DNA of 64,000 nt from a virus (lineage: Duplodnaviria > Heunggongvirae > Uroviricota > Caudoviricetes), in IMG/VR virus record IMGVR_UViG_2877948078_000003; one strand, written 5' to 3'. The position numbers and the translations under genes were made by a program. Below, piece after piece: positions 1-9,819 of this stretch (positions within the stretch are counted from its first letter, which is position 1; each line of letters begins with the position of its first letter). The notes under the pieces are model-generated. The model worked only from the letters and a program-made list of their open reading frames with translations, was not told where the DNA came from and searched no databases.

Positions 1-156
1 TTGTCATAGCGTTCGCCTTACTTTGAGATGAACCTTTGCTGCATAGGAGATCAGCCCGTCAAGGCTCACCAGCACTAACTGACTACTCAAAGGCTCATTC
101 CAAAGGGTTTGGTTCGACGTGGTTGAGTGCGCTGCGATGCGCGGTGAAATACCTGT

Positions 157-185
157 ACAAAAATGCCCCGCATCTGCGAGGCATT
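157..185 (-). terminator. Rho-independent terminator downstream of Rz (hairpin reads as a terminator on both strands)
   Basis: GC-rich hairpin TGCCCCGCATCTGCGAGGCA flanked by A run and T run, about 40 bp past the Rz stop on the minus strand. Confidence 0.5.
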
Positions 186-224
186 TTCCTGAAAGTCACG
201 TATTAAATTTCAGTGAAATTAAAA

Positions 225-677
225 TTATTTTAAGCACTGCGTCCTGATGTACTCCTGCAGGTAGTTGACCTGCGCGGTTATCTTGTCGATTCCACTTCTG
301 AGACGGTAATAATTGAGTTCAGCATCTGCTGTAAGTCCTGGGCTTTCTCCATCGCCCATGCTGCTGGCTCCGGTCGTTGACTTTGCACAGGTGGCGGCGA
401 CTTGCAGGCGCTTACGCCCAGCAGAAACATCAGCACGGAGACTTTCGATAGTCGCGTTAGCATCAGCAAGCTCCTTTGTGTATCTGGCGTCAAGTTCTGC
501 TACATCACGTTGACGCTTCTGCATGTCAGCGATGATGTACCTGGCTTTATCGCGCTGTTCTTTATAGGTAATGGCGTTATCACGGTAATGATTAACAGCC
601 CATGACAGGCAGACGATGATGCAAATAACCAGAGCGGAGATAATCGCGGCTACTCTTCTCACTGATCTATCCCCCAA
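225..677 (-). CDS. Rz: i-spanin Rz (inner-membrane spanin subunit)
   Basis: 150 aa with N-terminal TM segment then coiled-coil-like region; overlaps the endolysin stop; last gene of the lysis cassette; lambda Rz-like. Confidence 0.8.
   Translation of the reverse strand: MGDRSVRRVAAIISALVICIIVCLSWAVNHYRDNAITYKEQRDKARYIIADMQKRQRDVAELDARYTKELADANATIESLRADVSAGRKRLQVAATCAKSTTGASSMGDGESPGLTADAELNYYRLRSGIDKITAQVNYLQEYIRTQCLK
278..463 (-). CDS. Rz1: o-spanin Rz1 lipoprotein, embedded in Rz in another frame
   Basis: Embedded ORF with lipobox-like LLGVSAC followed by proline-rich CKSPPPV...PAAWAMEK, resembling lambda Rz1; start codon uncertain (Met at 463 or 430). Confidence 0.55.
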   Translation of the reverse strand: MLTRLSKVSVLMFLLGVSACKSPPPVQSQRPEPAAWAMEKAQDLQQMLNSIITVSEVESTR

Positions 678-1192
678 CAGGCTAATGCGCTTTCCTGGTC
701 ACGACGAATAACCTGTCCGTAGCAGTTATTTGAACGTGTGCGGCAATCACGCCCACCGTCCTTAATCCACCAGCGAATCGACTCACAGGCACCTTTACGA
801 TCACCGGCATTAAGCCGCTTATAAAACGTCGACGGGAAACACTTACCCGGGCCAATGTTGTAAGGACAGAATGACGCAATACCCGCTTTCTGGGGTTCAG
901 TCAGTGGCACTTTGATGTTTTTCGCCACCCATGCCAGCGCCTTATCACGCTCAATGGCGTTAACCCGGTCGCATTTCCCCTTCGACAGCTTCATGCCAGG
1001 AATAACAGGCTTGCCATCCACCATGATGGCACCTCGGCAGATGGTCCAGATACCCGCACCATCACGGTATGCCGTGGTGTGGTTGCCTTCCTTTTCATCC
1101 AGAAACTGGTCGAGGATTTCAGGCGCAGAAGCACCTGCGGCAATCAGCGCCAGAACGGCAGCCGATAAACCATAGCGGAGTTTCCTGCTCAT
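659..1192 (-). CDS. R: SAR endolysin, phage lysozyme (GH24, R21/P1 Lyz type)
   Basis: 177 aa; N-terminal signal-anchor-release-like hydrophobic segment; catalytic E-x8-D-x5-T pattern in [24 protein letters not shown]; sits between holin and Rz. Confidence 0.85.
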   Translation of the reverse strand: MSRKLRYGLSAAVLALIAAGASAPEILDQFLDEKEGNHTTAYRDGAGIWTICRGAIMVDGKPVIPGMKLSKGKCDRVNAIERDKALAWVAKNIKVPLTEPQKAGIASFCPYNIGPGKCFPSTFYKRLNAGDRKGACESIRWWIKDGGRDCRTRSNNCYGQVIRRDQESALACWGIDQ

Positions 1193-1196
1193 CAGC

Positions 1197-1412
1197 TTAC
1201 TCTCCCCGTGCCGCCTTACGCCGGTCCTCTCTGATTTTGAAATACAGGTTCGTCAGGTACGTCAGCAGACCAAACAGCAGACTCCCCAGCACGCCTATTG
1301 CCGCCCACTGAGACGGGGAAACCCTGTCCAGCAACTGCAGGAACCAGTAGCCCGTTCCCACCGCTGACGTGGTGTATGACACACCTGTTGTGATTTTTTC
1401 CATCTGGTACAT
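1197..1412 (-). CDS. S: Pinholin / antiholin with dual start (phage 21 S21-like)
   Basis: 71 aa starting MYQMEK (Met1 and Met4 dual-start motif); two TM helices; C-terminus [20 protein letters not shown] as I recall for S21; RBS GGAG upstream. Confidence 0.85.
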   Translation of the reverse strand: MYQMEKITTGVSYTTSAVGTGYWFLQLLDRVSPSQWAAIGVLGSLLFGLLTYLTNLYFKIREDRRKAARGE

Positions 1413-1781
1413 ACCCCGTCTCCCGCAATCCGGAAGCTCACAACATGAAAAAGGCCGCCAGTGCTCCACTGACAGCCTCGTGTAGTTACTCTGAGTGCCC
1501 AACAATTCCCTGTCAAACGTGTTGACATTAAGAATCGCTTTTGTGTAGAAAAATTATGGCATGCATAACAATAAAACCTCACAGCCGTACTATTTCCACC
1601 AGAAGCATGACGCATTTCTCCCTGTGCTTACTGGTGGATTTTTTTTGCCCCGCAAATACCGCTGACACATATTGACAATAAGAATATTTTTCATTTAAAA
1701 ATATTCATGTACAAAAATGTTTCTCTGGAGTGTCCATAGAGCTCACCCGCCAGTCCATTCCGGTAACTGGCGGCTTTTTTA

Positions 1782-2244
1782 TCATGCCGCAGTGTCTGTG
1801 CTGTTCACTTCCACCGCAATGCTGTCAATCAGCAGCGTATACGTCGCCGATTTTGATATATCGGTCAGTTGCAGTTTGTCCACCGCCCCCGATGCCGGTG
1901 ACTTCACCAGTGTGAACGCCGCTCCCCGTTTCTCATCCAGTACTGGTGTCACCTGAATGCTGTTGTTTCCGGCAAACTCAAAAGCCAGCGTGTGCCATCC
2001 GTTATCAAAGACCCCGAATGTATCCAGCTTCGCATTCGGCTTCCTGTGATGCATCGCGTTCAGGTTCGTCGTATCCGTCTGCAGGAAGAAAGACATCAGC
2101 ATATCGTTACCTTCTCCTGACAGCGTCACCCCCTCCGGCAGGGACGACAACTGCCAGTAAATGCCCAGGGCAAACTGATTCGGCACCAGTGAACCCGGCA
2201 ACTTAAACCGTACGCTCACACGTCCGCCCTTCTTCAGTAACTCC
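1782..2244 (-). pseudogene. nanS-p: 3' (C-terminal) fragment of a nanS-p-type sialate O-acetylesterase gene, cut off by the Mu-like insertion
   Basis: Translation ELLKKGGRVSVRFKLPGSL...IDSIAVEV aligns to the C-terminal ~155 aa of the intact 680-aa paralogue at 36834-38876; homology stops exactly at the Mu-like left end. Confidence 0.8.
2240..2244. repeat. Left copy of the 5-bp target-site duplication ACTCC
   Basis: ACTCC directly outside the prophage left terminus; identical pentamer at 41125-41129; removing the element and one copy restores the nanS-p frame (GAELLKKGG). Confidence 0.6.
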
Positions 2245-2420
2245 TGTAACCAGGTGAATCATTTGATACCAACGAGGGTTTTAGTGAAAGGAGGTGAAAT
2301 CACCTGTAAGATACTGAAATAAAACAGGTGATGTCTGGATGAGCGCTTAAAGTCTATTTGATACCGATTGTGCAATAATTAATCGTTTATTCTAAAATCG
2401 GCAAAACTTTTGATACTGCG
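2245..2420 (+). repeat. Mu-like left end (attL) with repeated candidate transposase-binding motifs
   Basis: Begins 5'-TG; TTTGATACC at 2262-2270 and 2357-2365, TTTGATACT at 2408-2416; the reverse complement GGTATCAAA / AGTATCAAA recurs three times at the right end. Confidence 0.55.
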
Positions 2421-2494
2421 ATCTCAACTTTTTAAAGCGTTTAAAACTTCATTAAATCTATATGGCAACTAACATACGGGCCAGCCTCGCCAAA

Positions 2495-3025
2495 CTAACC
2501 CGCTTTAGATTCTACCGGATTTGATTGCCTACTTGTCTCGGTTTTTTCCAAAATCTCTCTGACGCAATCGTCTGGCATATCTACAATCATCAACGCAGCC
2601 AGGCGCTTCCTGCCTTCTAGTTGTAATAAATCCTGGTTTTCTTTATCCAGCAGTGTCAGAACCGTCTCTACACCTTTGCGAGCAAGGAGATTGGTTAACT
2701 GTTCTCGTTCGTCTTTCGTAAGGAATGAAAGCATCTGTGTAAGTTGATCTCCCTTATCACCAGAACGACCAAAATTACCACAAATACCAACATCGTTTGG
2801 TGATTCACCCTTGCCCTCTTTAAGCCACTCAAGACTAACTCCTTCACTTTCAGAAATTCGTATAAGGATACTTTCTCTGGGGGCTGGTTGTGTTTGTCCT
2901 CCCTTGAAATAGCTGTTTAATGTGTTGATATTGATTCCCCACGCTCTGGCAGCTGCACTTCTTGAAGGGTAGCGCTTTGTAAGCATTCCAATACGTTCAA
3001 TAACAGGTTCTTTTCCCTGCGACAT
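2495..3025 (-). CDS. c: Mu-type repressor (c / Repc-like)
   Basis: Leftward gene between attL and ner; N-terminal HTH-like region MSQGKEPVIERIGMLTKRYPSRSAAARAWGININTLNSYF; likely start at the internal Met (ORF extends to 3100). Confidence 0.7.
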   Translation of the reverse strand: MSQGKEPVIERIGMLTKRYPSRSAAARAWGININTLNSYFKGGQTQPAPRESILIRISESEGVSLEWLKEGKGESPNDVGICGNFGRSGDKGDQLTQMLSFLTKDEREQLTNLLARKGVETVLTLLDKENQDLLQLEGRKRLAALMIVDMPDDCVREILEKTETSRQSNPVESKAG

Positions 3026-3215
3026 AAAGATACCTCTTGGTGCTTTTCTAAGGAAAGGTTTCTTTCTATTTATCCAATTGAAAAATAAGGATAAAAGCAA
3101 AAAATAGCCAAAACACCAAAAATACCTTGATTTGGTATTTTTAGTGATGCATTATTTACCCGTGCAGATATCCGCACGAATATCCGCGCGGGTAACTTTT
3201 TAGAATAGAGGAAGT
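3026..3215. promoter_or_regulatory. Divergent repressor/early promoter and operator region (Mu O1-O3, Pe, Pc equivalent)
   Basis: AT-rich intergenic region between divergent repressor and ner genes; assigned by position only. Confidence 0.4.
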
Positions 3216-3464
3216 ATGAGTAGAAGAGAAGTTTCAGATCACGATTGGCCGCCTGAAATCATCAAGGCGCGCTTACACATGGCTGGCTTATCACTGCGCT
3301 CTTTATCTTTAAAGGCTGGTTACAGCAGGGATTCGCTGAAAAGCGTATTACGTACTCCTTGCCGACCGTATCAGCAAATAATTGCTGATGCTCTTGGGGT
3401 ATCGCCTGAAGAAATCTGGCCCAGTAGATACCAGGTTAAGAGCTATATGAGAAAGGCGTCATGA
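3216..3464 (+). CDS. ner: Ner-like DNA-binding protein (negative regulator of early transcription)
   Basis: 82 aa; motif GLSLRSLSLKAGYSRDSLKSVL...IIADALGVSPEEIWPSRY resembles Mu Ner; directly upstream of the transposase. Confidence 0.8.
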   Translation: MSRREVSDHDWPPEIIKARLHMAGLSLRSLSLKAGYSRDSLKSVLRTPCRPYQQIIADALGVSPEEIWPSRYQVKSYMRKAS

Positions 3465-3465
3465 T

Positions 3466-5556
3466 ATGTATGTCATTGCAAAAGAACTGATTGGCGCGCC
3501 CGGAATGCCTGCTACAACAAAAGGTATTCGCCAGGCATTACAACGTTACGTACAAGGGAAAAGCTGTTGTTCCCGTCGTCGCTCAGGCTCTAAAGCAACT
3601 GAATACAGCATCGACTGTTTACCTGAAGTGACGCAGCAGGCATTACGTGAACGTTATGCCCTGCAACTGATGACGCAAAAAGCCGATGAATCACCGGCTC
3701 CGGTGGTGACAAAGGCCAGACGCTCATCTGACGTGGTTGATGCGGTGGAGGCATATCGCGGATCACCACAACTGATGGTCGAACGCCTCAATGCCCTGAC
3801 TGAAAACCAGCGCCAGGTGGCTGATGCACGAATCGCGATCGTCAGCGAAGTGATGAAAGTCGCGCAACAACCCGGTTTCAGCTGCGCGAAGGCTATCCGG
3901 TTTATCGTTGACAACCTGGCACGTTCACAGCTGGACGAGCGCATTGTGGCAATGGTTGAGACGGCGAACGCCAAAAAGGGAAACAGCCGTGCGTTGAGTG
4001 AAATCACGCTGAAGCGATGGATTGCGGCCTTTAACAAGGCACAGAACGCCGCTGAACGCCTGCTTTTACTGGCACCGGGTAAACGCCAGGAAATAAAAGC
4101 CGAAGATATTAACTGGCTGCCCGAATTTCTGGCGCAGTATCGCCAGTCAAACGGCCGACCAATGACCGAGGCTTACGAGGATTTTGTTGCTGAATGGCAG
4201 CACCGGCACGCTGATGAGCCTTATATGCTCGATATCATGCCCTCTTATGACACCATTCGCCGCGCAATGAAGAAACTGCCGGAAGTGGTGAAACAAAAAG
4301 GCCGGGTGACAGGCAGTGAATACCGTCAGCTTGAGGGATTCACGCGCCGCGACTGGTCCAGAATGCCGGTGAATTATGTCTGGATTGGTGACGGTCACGG
4401 CATGAAGATGAAATGCAGGCACCCGGTTCACGGGCGGCCATTTGCACCGGAAGTGACCTTTGTTATCGACGGTGGCACGCGCTTTGTGGTGGGCTGGAGC
4501 CTTGACCTGGCTGAAAATGTTTTCGCCGTAGCCGGTGCCATACAGCACGGTATTCGCCATCACGGCAAACCGTTTCTGTATTACTCGGATAACGGTTCGG
4601 GGGAAACCGCCGACATCCTGGATAAGGAGGTTGTGGGGATCCTGCCGCGCCTGGGGATTAATCACCCGACAGGGATTGCCGGTAATCCGCAGGGGCGAGG
4701 CATTATCGAACGGCTTAACCGCACATTACCGATGCGCATAGCCCGTAAATACCGCACCTATTTCGGGAAAGGTGCAGATCGCGAGACGTTACGCAAAACC
4801 AACCGCGATTTACGCTCGGCATTCACTGCCCTGCAACAGGACAAACGGCTGAACGCCCGGCAGCAGTCAGCGATGCGTGATTTACCGTCCTGGCCTGAAC
4901 TGATTGATGCCATCCGTGATGGTGTCGAGTGGTACAACAACCGGCCGCACAGCGGATTGCCGGTGAAACCGAACGGTAAGCATTACAGCCCGGCGGAATA
5001 CAGGAAAAAACGCCTGGCAGAAGAGGACACGGAAATTGAATGGCTGTCCGATGTTGAGCTGCGGGATATGTTCCGGCCGATGGTGGAACGCCCGGTAAGA
5101 CGCTGTGAAATACGCTGGCTGAATAATATTTACTACGCGCCCGAGCTGCGTGATGAGCATGGCCGTAAGGTGCTTATCAGCTATGACATTCATGATGCCG
5201 AACGAATTACCGTGCGTCGCCTGGATGGCAGCGTGATTTGCGAGGCGGTATGGGACGGCAATAAACGCGAAGCCTTCCCGGTCAGCGCGGAATACTACAA
5301 ACAGCAGCAACGCCTTAAAGGCATGCGTAAACGCGCAGAGGAAAAAATCCGTGATGCCGAGGATGAGGTGGTCAACGTGCTGGAGCACAAGCCGCAAGAG
5401 CCCTGGCTGGAAAACATCTATCGCCCGGTAGGTAATACGGTGGCCGTTCAGCAACCTGCCGTTGATGATGAGCCTGATGAAGAATACGAGCGTAATTTCC
5501 AGCGGGGATTGCAGTTGCTCGAAGCGAAATTAAAAGAAAATGACCCGCTGGCCTGA
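3466..5556 (+). CDS. A: Mu-type DDE transposase A
   Basis: 696 aa (MuA is ~663 aa); internal DDE-like region (VWIGDGHG ... YYSDNGSGE ... IERLNRTL); position after ner. Confidence 0.9.
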   Translation: MYVIAKELIGAPGMPATTKGIRQALQRYVQGKSCCSRRRSGSKATEYSIDCLPEVTQQALRERYALQLMTQKADESPAPVVTKARRSSDVVDAVEAYRGSPQLMVERLNALTENQRQVADARIAIVSEVMKVAQQPGFSCAKAIRFIVDNLARSQLDERIVAMVETANAKKGNSRALSEITLKRWIAAFNKAQNAAERLLLLAPGKRQEIKAEDINWLPEFLAQYRQSNGRPMTEAYEDFVAEWQHRHADEPYMLDIMPSYDTIRRAMKKLPEVVKQKGRVTGSEYRQLEGFTRRDWSRMPVNYVWIGDGHGMKMKCRHPVHGRPFAPEVTFVIDGGTRFVVGWSLDLAENVFAVAGAIQHGIRHHGKPFLYYSDNGSGETADILDKEVVGILPRLGINHPTGIAGNPQGRGIIERLNRTLPMRIARKYRTYFGKGADRETLRKTNRDLRSAFTALQQDKRLNARQQSAMRDLPSWPELIDAIRDGVEWYNNRPHSGLPVKPNGKHYSPAEYRKKRLAEEDTEIEWLSDVELRDMFRPMVERPVRRCEIRWLNNIYYAPELRDEHGRKVLISYDIHDAERITVRRLDGSVICEAVWDGNKREAFPVSAEYYKQQQRLKGMRKRAEEKIRDAEDEVVNVLEHKPQEPWLENIYRPVGNTVAVQQPAVDDEPDEEYERNFQRGLQLLEAKLKENDPLA

Positions 5557-5627
5557 AATAAAAAAATAACCCGAGCGGCGACTCAGGTTATTTGATTAAA
5601 CAAGGTATCAAATGAGAGGTTAATAAT

Positions 5628-6560
5628 ATGACTGATATTAACGATGTAATCAAGACCATTGATGAACTTATTGATGGCGGCGTACTGACGCAGTATGCCA
5701 TCGCCAGAGAGGCGGGAATTTCCGACGGCACATTATCGGCTTTCCGTAAGGGAAAATATAAAGGCGATAACGCTGCTGTGGCTGCTTCCCTGCGCTCCTG
5801 GTATGAGAACTGGAATAAACAAAGCGCACTGCCGGAACCGCCGCAGTTTGTGGAAACGCAGACAGTCCAGGAGCTGCGCGCACTGTTTCAGGCGGTTCGT
5901 CTGATGGGCTGTATTAACGTTATTGTGGGCGTACCGGGTGTGGGTAAAACGGCCACCGCCCGTAATTACTGCCAGGAGCAACCAAACACCTGGATGATCA
6001 CCCTGTCTCCCGCGCATTCCAGCGTCACGGAGTGTCTGCTGGAGCTGGCCGATGCGCTGGGGATTGATTACACCCGCGCGAACAAAGGGGCATTATCCCG
6101 CGCCATCCGCCGTCGCCTGATGGGAACGCGCGGACTGGTGATTGTGGATGAGGCGGATCATCTTGGTATTGACGGTCTGGAGCAACTCCGGGCAATTCAG
6201 GACGCCACGGGGATCGGGATGGTGCTTATTGGTAACCCGCGCGGACTGTTTAAAGGTGGACGCCGCGCCTTTGATGATTTATCGCGCCTGTTCAGCCGTC
6301 TTGCCCGTACAAAACAACTTCGCAGGGCTAAAAAGGCGGATGTGCTGGCTATTGCCAGGGCATGGGGTATCAGTGGTGAGGCCGAGCTGGCTGTCATGCA
6401 GGCTATTGCTGAAAAACCGGGAGCATTACGTGTTCTGACACATACGCTTAACCAGGCGTGGCTCACAGCCAGCGGTGAAGGCGCGGCGCTGACAGAAAAA
6501 CATATTAATGCGGCCTTTAAAGAGGTTTACACCAACCCTGAATTACTCTCGCAGGTGTGA
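5628..6560 (+). CDS. B: Mu B-type ATPase (transposition target-DNA activator)
   Basis: 310 aa; N-terminal HTH; Walker A GVPGVGKT and Walker B VIVDEADHL; follows A. Confidence 0.85.
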   Translation: MTDINDVIKTIDELIDGGVLTQYAIAREAGISDGTLSAFRKGKYKGDNAAVAASLRSWYENWNKQSALPEPPQFVETQTVQELRALFQAVRLMGCINVIVGVPGVGKTATARNYCQEQPNTWMITLSPAHSSVTECLLELADALGIDYTRANKGALSRAIRRRLMGTRGLVIVDEADHLGIDGLEQLRAIQDATGIGMVLIGNPRGLFKGGRRAFDDLSRLFSRLARTKQLRRAKKADVLAIARAWGISGEAELAVMQAIAEKPGALRVLTHTLNQAWLTASGEGAALTEKHINAAFKEVYTNPELLSQV

Positions 6561-6784
6561 TTATGGCTGTATTTAATATTCCTGATATTTACGGACGCTT
6601 TTACCTGGTGAATTTCGATAACGTCAAAGCAGTCTCCATGTCTGACAGTGAAGAATGTGGCGATTTACTCTTTGAATTTAATGATCGCACCCGAATGGCA
6701 ATATCGGCAGGACTTGATCGTGAAGGTGCGAAAGAAGCTTACAGCAATATTTGTCGCTTTATCGGTGCAAGACGGGTTAGTTAA
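6557..6784 (+). CDS. Small early protein in the Mu kil position
   Basis: 75-aa ORF with GTG start overlapping the B stop (GTGA); named by position only. Confidence 0.45.
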   Translation: MIMAVFNIPDIYGRFYLVNFDNVKAVSMSDSEECGDLLFEFNDRTRMAISAGLDREGAKEAYSNICRFIGARRVS

Positions 6785-6796
6785 ACGAGAGGTTAT

Positions 6797-7216
6797 ATGA
6801 AAATGCAGATACAGCAGGAAATCAATGTTCTCCACAGCTTTCGAGAGTTTAACGTCGATGACGGGGAGGTTTGTGATTATATCTATGAATTGATGGACGG
6901 TGATGGTGTGTGTTTTCTGTATATAGACCTGTATCAGTGGTATGCAGACATGCAACTTGATTCCATCAGACGCCGTTTTAATCATGAATGCTTTGATGTG
7001 GATGTATGGGAAAGCCTGTGCTTTGGTTTTCTGATTATGGATGATTATCGCCAGGGGTGGCGACACGGTTACTCCATTCTTCGTGCAATCATGCGTGGCG
7101 AAACCCGAAAAATGCCGGGGATGGGTAAAGTTAATCGAGGCTTCCTGTCAGAGCTGGCTGCATTGCGCATGAATCCATTACTGATACAACCGGAGTTCAC
7201 TTATGAATTTGTTTGA
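6797..7216 (+). CDS. Hypothetical early protein (acidic, 139 aa)
   Basis: ORF with RBS GAGAGG upstream; early semi-essential region. Confidence 0.5.
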   Translation: MKMQIQQEINVLHSFREFNVDDGEVCDYIYELMDGDGVCFLYIDLYQWYADMQLDSIRRRFNHECFDVDVWESLCFGFLIMDDYRQGWRHGYSILRAIMRGETRKMPGMGKVNRGFLSELAALRMNPLLIQPEFTYEFV

Positions 7217-7433
7217 TTCACTGAATAACGCCCGTCGCCTGACCGAGCTTGCCGGTGCGGTACTGGAACGCAGTAAGCGCTATCCGCAACGCTTTGCACT
7301 GAAAACCACGCCGCCGGTAGGTGAGGTTCAGGGGAGTGGTGAGGAAATTGAAATCACCGTTAAGACCAACGGCCTGCGCCGCCGTGTGAAAGCCACCCGC
7401 ATAAGCGGATGCACGGTTTACTGGGAAGTATGA
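7203..7433 (+). CDS. Hypothetical early protein (76 aa)
   Basis: ORF overlapping the preceding stop; operon context. Confidence 0.4.
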   Translation: MNLFDSLNNARRLTELAGAVLERSKRYPQRFALKTTPPVGEVQGSGEEIEITVKTNGLRRRVKATRISGCTVYWEV

Positions 7434-7507
7434 AGTTGCTTCATGGTTCGGCTCTGTCATCAGGTCAGATGCCGGGTCAGTTATCCGAACAAAACGAGAG
7501 CCAGAGG

Positions 7508-7780
7508 ATGAGTAAAGTCGTACGCATTATTTTCGAATACAAGGAAGATGTTATCTGCAAAAACTCTGATGGCAGCACGCACAGAGGGGTAAGTCTGGAT
7601 ATACGTTCAACCGGAATAAAGAAGAAAGATAATGGACCCGCCATGATTTTTGGGGTGGTTATGCTGGCAGAAAGCAGAAACTTCGCAGAGCTTGTGGCAA
7701 TGAAAGCCAGTGCATTCATGAAAGACAGGGGTATGGCTTCCGGGGTTATTAACGGTAATGAATTTAATCAGCAGGGGTAA
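7508..7780 (+). CDS. Hypothetical early protein, tandem paralogue 1
   Basis: Starts MSKVVRIIFEYKED; the next gene starts MSKVRVIFEFEH, indicating a tandem duplication. Confidence 0.45.
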   Translation: MSKVVRIIFEYKEDVICKNSDGSTHRGVSLDIRSTGIKKKDNGPAMIFGVVMLAESRNFAELVAMKASAFMKDRGMASGVINGNEFNQQG

Positions 7781-7784
7781 TTCC

Positions 7785-8078
7785 ATGAGCAAAGTACGCG
7801 TTATTTTTGAATTTGAGCATGTTTCGCATGACGAAAAGCTGGCAGGCAATGACTGTGTTGAAGTGCATGAAAAGATTGGAGTGAATGTGAAAACAGAACG
7901 TGATACGGAGAACAGCCCGACGTCACTCTGTGATGTTTATGCAAGTATTCTCCAGTATCACAGTCCTGCAATTATTCAGCTTCTCTCAGCGGAATTTCAG
8001 GCATCTGTACAGGCTTTTGGGGCGGATGCCATCATTAAACGCCACCGTGTGCATAAAGCATCAGGCACGCTGCAATAA
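7785..8078 (+). CDS. Hypothetical early protein, tandem paralogue 2
   Basis: Starts MSKVRVIFEFEH; same operon and strand as paralogue 1. Confidence 0.45.
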   Translation: MSKVRVIFEFEHVSHDEKLAGNDCVEVHEKIGVNVKTERDTENSPTSLCDVYASILQYHSPAIIQLLSAEFQASVQAFGADAIIKRHRVHKASGTLQ

Positions 8079-8088
8079 GGAAAACAAA

Positions 8089-8619
8089 ATGGTTAAACGT
8101 GTTACAAAATTAAAGGCCGCAGCCGAGGCCGCACCACAGACCCGCGAAGAAGTCAGCCGCGATATCCGCACTCTGGGCGATATTCAGCGAGAGGCGCTGC
8201 GCCTGGAAACGGCAATGAATGATGAAGTGGCAGAAATCACCGCCCGTTATACGCCGCAGATTGAAAACCTTAAAAAAGAAATCAAAGTGCTTTTTAAAGG
8301 GATTCATGACTGGTGTAAAACCAACCGCAATGAGCTGACGAACGGCGGCGAAACCAAAACTGCCAATCTGACCACCGGAACGGTGTCATGGCGGCTGGGA
8401 AATCCATCATGCAGCGTCAGTCGTGATGTGGAAGGTGTGATTGAAATGCTGCGTCGTATGGGGCTTGAGCGCTTCATCCGCACGAAAGAGGAAGTGAATA
8501 AGCAAGCTGTCCTGGCGGAGCCGGATGCGGTGAAAGGGATTGCTGGTATTAAGGTGAATAAAGGCGCTGAAAGTTTTCATGTCGAGCCTTTTGAACAGGA
8601 CGCCGGACTGAATAAATAA
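8089..8619 (+). CDS. gam: Gam-like protein (Ku-like host-nuclease inhibitor / DNA-end binding)
   Basis: 176 aa; LGDIQREALRLETAMNDEVAEIT ... ELTNGGETKTANLTTGTVSWR ... RFIRTKEEVNK closely resembles Mu Gam as recalled. Confidence 0.8.
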   Translation: MVKRVTKLKAAAEAAPQTREEVSRDIRTLGDIQREALRLETAMNDEVAEITARYTPQIENLKKEIKVLFKGIHDWCKTNRNELTNGGETKTANLTTGTVSWRLGNPSCSVSRDVEGVIEMLRRMGLERFIRTKEEVNKQAVLAEPDAVKGIAGIKVNKGAESFHVEPFEQDAGLNK

Positions 8620-8703
8620 CACCGCATTAAATCTTTAAATATCACATCGTTTTAATTATGGCGCTTGCGTCAGGGGACTGCTCGCGCCTGAATGAGGCAT
8701 ATC

Positions 8704-9282
8704 ATGAGTATAAAATATCGTTATTTTAAAATGAATGAGCGCGATTCCCGTCATTATCACAGGGAATGGCTTGATTGCGCTGGCAGGGAGCGCAAGAAAT
8801 TGATTGATGATTTTCTCAGTAATCATAGAGCTAAAGGATACCTTTACTTCTGGTGTTATGGGCATATTTTTGTCACATCAATACTGGTTCATGAGGATGT
8901 TGATGTCGGAAGAAATAAGCGGGTGCTGTCTGATAAATTTGATGAAGATGGCCGCGTTTTATTTTCAGTTAAGCCCGACCGCAGATTCCGAGAGGGAAAA
9001 AAACTGAACAAAGCACTGAATATCTTAAACGAGAAGTTAAAACAGCTTCCGTCATTCAGTACCTGGATGGTTAATAAACTGGACTGCTATTTTGAGGTTT
9101 TTGGTGTCAGCAACGGCCGCACAGTTATGGCGTGCTCTTCTGCCGGGTTCTATGGCGACAAAGGGGCTGTTGTGGTTCGTATTCCTGTCGGTGAATCAGA
9201 TAATGCCTTTTCCCCTGAAAAGCTGCATCCGTCATTGATGGCAATCAAGCATTCCGAATTCATCGCAATAACGGAGGAATAA
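8704..9282 (+). CDS. Hypothetical protein, AT-rich cargo gene in the early region
   Basis: 193-aa ORF with RBS GAGG; local AT content clearly higher than flanking Mu-like genes; no recognisable motif. Confidence 0.5.
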   Translation: MSIKYRYFKMNERDSRHYHREWLDCAGRERKKLIDDFLSNHRAKGYLYFWCYGHIFVTSILVHEDVDVGRNKRVLSDKFDEDGRVLFSVKPDRRFREGKKLNKALNILNEKLKQLPSFSTWMVNKLDCYFEVFGVSNGRTVMACSSAGFYGDKGAVVVRIPVGESDNAFSPEKLHPSLMAIKHSEFIAITEE

Positions 9283-9285
9283 TTC

Positions 9286-9819
9286 ATGATTGATGCAAAA
9301 GTGCTTGAAGGGGTTAAAAACTGGCTGAGTATTTACGGGCGTCTGACTTGCGGTGTTCTGGCTGAAAAAATGAATATGCCGCCATCCTCGATGGTTTATT
9401 TTCTGCGTGATGCGGTTGATGCAGGCGTGCTGACGGAACGTAACGGTTTTTATGATATTCCGCGTCCCCGCCCGGTGCAGCCGGTTCGTCGCAAATGCAG
9501 CCAGGAATGTGCGGCTGATGATGTTCAGTGGTGCAGCTTCAGAAAGTCCCTGCCGTGGATTGAGGGGCATGATATTCCGTCGATGGCGTGGGAATTTGCT
9601 CAGGGCGTTCTGACCTGTGAAACCGTTTATGTGGTGGCTGAAGTTGATGAGCAGGCCATGAAAGAAGGCGTGCCCCAGTTTGTGATGGCGTATATCGACA
9701 TTCGCCTGGGTGTCATCATCTGCGGTTTAAGCGGCTGGAATATCACCGCGCGTGTTCTGCGCTACCTGATTGTTGACCGGACAGCAGCGCCTGCCGGGAT
9801 ATCTGCGGAGGTGGCGTAA
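9286..9819 (+). CDS. Hypothetical early protein (177 aa)
   Basis: ORF immediately downstream of the previous stop; operon context. Confidence 0.5.
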   Translation: MIDAKVLEGVKNWLSIYGRLTCGVLAEKMNMPPSSMVYFLRDAVDAGVLTERNGFYDIPRPRPVQPVRRKCSQECAADDVQWCSFRKSLPWIEGHDIPSMAWEFAQGVLTCETVYVVAEVDEQAMKEGVPQFVMAYIDIRLGVIICGLSGWNITARVLRYLIVDRTAAPAGISAEVA

